From Dehalococcoidia bacterium (lineage in GTDB: Bacteria; Chloroflexota; Dehalococcoidia; SM23-28-2; RBG-16-64-32): 64,000 nt of DNA. The notes beneath the pieces were generated by a model. It did no database searches. It saw only the letters and a program-made list of their open reading frames with translations, and was not told where the DNA came from. This document shows, in pieces, positions 62,019-64,000 of this stretch. The DNA is taken from contig CAXXTF010000001.1 in assembly GCA_963665775.2 (NCBI GenBank), positions 384,001 to 448,000 of the forward strand, given 5' to 3'. The position numbers and the translations under genes were made by a program. The first letter of the stretch is position 1; every line of letters starts with the position of its first letter.

Positions 62019-63530
62019 CTAGAACGTCGCCGATTGCTTGAACTGCTGGATCGCCGTCTTGAGCTTCTCCTCCGTCTCTGACTCCAGCTCCTTCTTCTCC
62101 TCGATCTGGGCCAGGAGTTGCGGGTGATTCCCCTCCATGTAGCGATGGAAGGCCTCCTCGAAGTCGCGCATCTTTGTCACCTCCACGTCGTCTGTAAGAC
62201 CGTTGACGGCGGCGTAGATGATGCTGACCTCCGAGGCCAGACCTAGGGGCTGGAATTGCTGCTGCTTCAGGATCTCCGTCAGTCGCCGGCCGCGCTCCAG
62301 CTGCAAGCGGGTGGCTGCGTCCAGCTCCGCCGTGCCGAACTGGGCGAAGGCGGCCAGCTCGCGGTACTGGGCCAGGCCCAGGCGCATGCCGCCTGCCACC
62401 TGCCGCATGGCCCGGGTCTGCGCGGCGCCGCCCACACGGGATACCGAGAGGCCGGCGTTGATGGCCGGCCGGATTCCGGCGTTGAACAGGTCCGATTCCA
62501 GGTAGATCTGGCCGTCGGTGATGGAGATGACGTTAGTCGGCACGTAAGCCGCGACGTCGCCGGCCTGGGTCTCGATGATGGGCAGCGCTGTCAGGGAACC
62601 GCCGCCATGCTCGGGCGCCAGCTTGGCGGCGCGCTCCAGCAAGCGGCTGTGCAGGTAGAACAGGTCGCCGGGATAGGCCTCACGGCTGGGCGGCCGCCGC
62701 AGCAGCAGCGACATCTGGCGATAGGCCCAGGCGTGCTTCGAGAGGTCGTCGTAGATGACGAGGGCATCCTTGCCCTCATCCATGAACTCTTCGCCGATGG
62801 CGCAGCCGGAATACGGTGCCAGATACTGCATGGACGCCGGGTCGGCGGCGTTGGCCGCGACGACGACGGTGTGCTTCATCGCCCCGTGCTCCGCCAGTAC
62901 GGCGACTACCTGCACCACCTTCGAGGCCTGCTGGCCGATGGCGACGTAGATGCAGGTGAGGTCGCCCCCCTTCTGGGCGATGATCGTGTCCAGGCAGATG
63001 GCGGTCTTACCGGTGAAGCGGTCGCCGATGATCAGCTCCCGCTGGCCGCGGCCCACGGGGATCATGGCGTCGATCGCCTTGACTCCAGTGTGAACGGGGG
63101 TGTTCACGCTCTGGCGCGCCACCACGTTGGGGGCGATGCGCTCCACGGCGCGGGTCTTCTCCGATTTGATCGGGCCCTTGCCGTCCAGCGGCTGCCCCAG
63201 CGGGTCGACAACGCGGCCGATGAGGCCATCGCCCACCGGCACCTGGGCGATACGCCCCGTCGAGCGAACCTCGTCGCCCTCCTTGATCTCTGTATGATCC
63301 CCCAGGACGATGGCCCCCACCGTGTCTTCCTCCAGGTTCAGGGCCATCCCCATGATGCCCTTGGGGAACTCCAGCAGCTCGCTGTACATGGCGCCCCGCA
63401 GCCCGTACACTTGGGCGATGCCGTCGCCGGCCTCTACCACCGTGCCCACGTCCACAGCGGTCACCGCCCCGCCGAACTGCTCGATCTGCTGGCGTATTAT
63501 GGACGCGATCTCTTCCGGTTTGACCGCCAT
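62019..63530 (-). CDS. atpA: ATP synthase F1 alpha subunit
   Basis: [37 protein letters not shown]. Confidence 0.98.
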   Translation of the reverse strand: MAVKPEEIASIIRQQIEQFGGAVTAVDVGTVVEAGDGIAQVYGLRGAMYSELLEFPKGIMGMALNLEEDTVGAIVLGDHTEIKEGDEVRSTGRIAQVPVGDGLIGRVVDPLGQPLDGKGPIKSEKTRAVERIAPNVVARQSVNTPVHTGVKAIDAMIPVGRGQRELIIGDRFTGKTAICLDTIIAQKGGDLTCIYVAIGQQASKVVQVVAVLAEHGAMKHTVVVAANAADPASMQYLAPYSGCAIGEEFMDEGKDALVIYDDLSKHAWAYRQMSLLLRRPPSREAYPGDLFYLHSRLLERAAKLAPEHGGGSLTALPIIETQAGDVAAYVPTNVISITDGQIYLESDLFNAGIRPAINAGLSVSRVGGAAQTRAMRQVAGGMRLGLAQYRELAAFAQFGTAELDAATRLQLERGRRLTEILKQQQFQPLGLASEVSIIYAAVNGLTDDVEVTKMRDFEEAFHRYMEGNHPQLLAQIEEKKELESETEEKLKTAIQQFKQSATF

Positions 63531-63621
63531 ATCGTCCTCCTCGGTTGAGCTTGGGAATTAGAGATCGGAGATCCGGCCTCCCCCTATCTAAGCCCCAGCC
63601 TCCAAGCTTCCCGTTCTCTCG

Positions 63622-64000
63622 TCACGTCCGGGACCCTGCCATCTGGCGTTTTAGGGCTTCCAGTTTAGTTCTCGTGCTCCCATCGATGAGCCGGTCGCCG
63701 ATGCGGACCACCAGGCCGCCCAGGATGCTCTCGTCCAACTGGGTCTCCACCACTACCCCCCTGCCCGTGGTCTCGCTCAGCCTTCGGACCACCGCGTTGA
63801 CGTCCTCTTGAGAGAGGGGCACGGCGCTGGTCACCACGGCGTGAGCGATCCCCTTCGCCTCGTCCAGCCTCTCTTGGAAGGCCTCCGCGATCTGAGGGCC
63901 CAGGGCGGTCCTCCCCCGACGTAACAGAAGGCGGGCCAGGTTCAGTACCAGCGGGTCAGCATCGGCCAGGGCGTCCTCCACCAGCCTCAGCTTGTCGGCC
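63622..64000 (-). CDS. atpH: ATP synthase F1 delta subunit (5' end outside the window)
   Basis: VTSAVPL, DESILGGLVVRIGDRLIDGS. Confidence 0.92.
   Translation of the reverse strand, partial: ADKLRLVEDALADADPLVLNLARLLLRRGRTALGPQIAEAFQERLDEAKGIAHAVVTSAVPLSQEDVNAVVRRLSETTGRGVVVETQLDESILGGLVVRIGDRLIDGSTRTKLEALKRQMAGSRT

Noticed and set aside
63545-63615. Degenerate short repeats in the atpH-atpA spacer (also in atpA-atpG)
   Set aside because: Too degenerate to define a unit or function.

Overview
This is a GC-rich bacterial chromosomal segment. Its protein signatures are most consistent with Chloroflexota, probably Dehalococcoidia-like (inferred from the AtpD variant [20 protein letters not shown] and the gene content). 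It carries an acyl-CoA/ETF redox module (acyl-CoA ligase, FadF/EMO-type Fe-S oxidoreductase, etfBA), an orphan CbbQ/NorQ AAA+ plus 1087-aa VWA chaperone pair behind coaE, acyl-CoA dehydrogenase, SDR and family III CoA-transferase genes, and an hsp20 / dnaJ-hspR-clp heat-shock locus. It also has peptidoglycan genes (class B PBP, murA, mreB, LysM-M23, LysM-GH25-like, a large SLT-like repeat protein), rho, purU, cimA, rex and the distal F1 ATP synthase genes (atpHAGDC). I recognised no rRNA, tRNA, CRISPR array or transposase. The most notable observations are: (i) a UxxC DsbA/FrnE-like selenoprotein with an in-frame TGA and SECIS-like hairpin, bracketed by an inverted pair of REP-like palindromic clusters; (ii) a related palindromic repeat inserted in frame into purU; (iii) an apparently split CoA-transferase whose missing small domain is encoded as a separate ORF about 4 kb away; (iv) an ATT-initiated LysM-M23 gene; (v) MurA with Cys-to-Asp at the fosfomycin site; and (vi) candidate HAIR, Rex and Fur-like operators. 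All calls were made by eye from motifs, and no database search was run.
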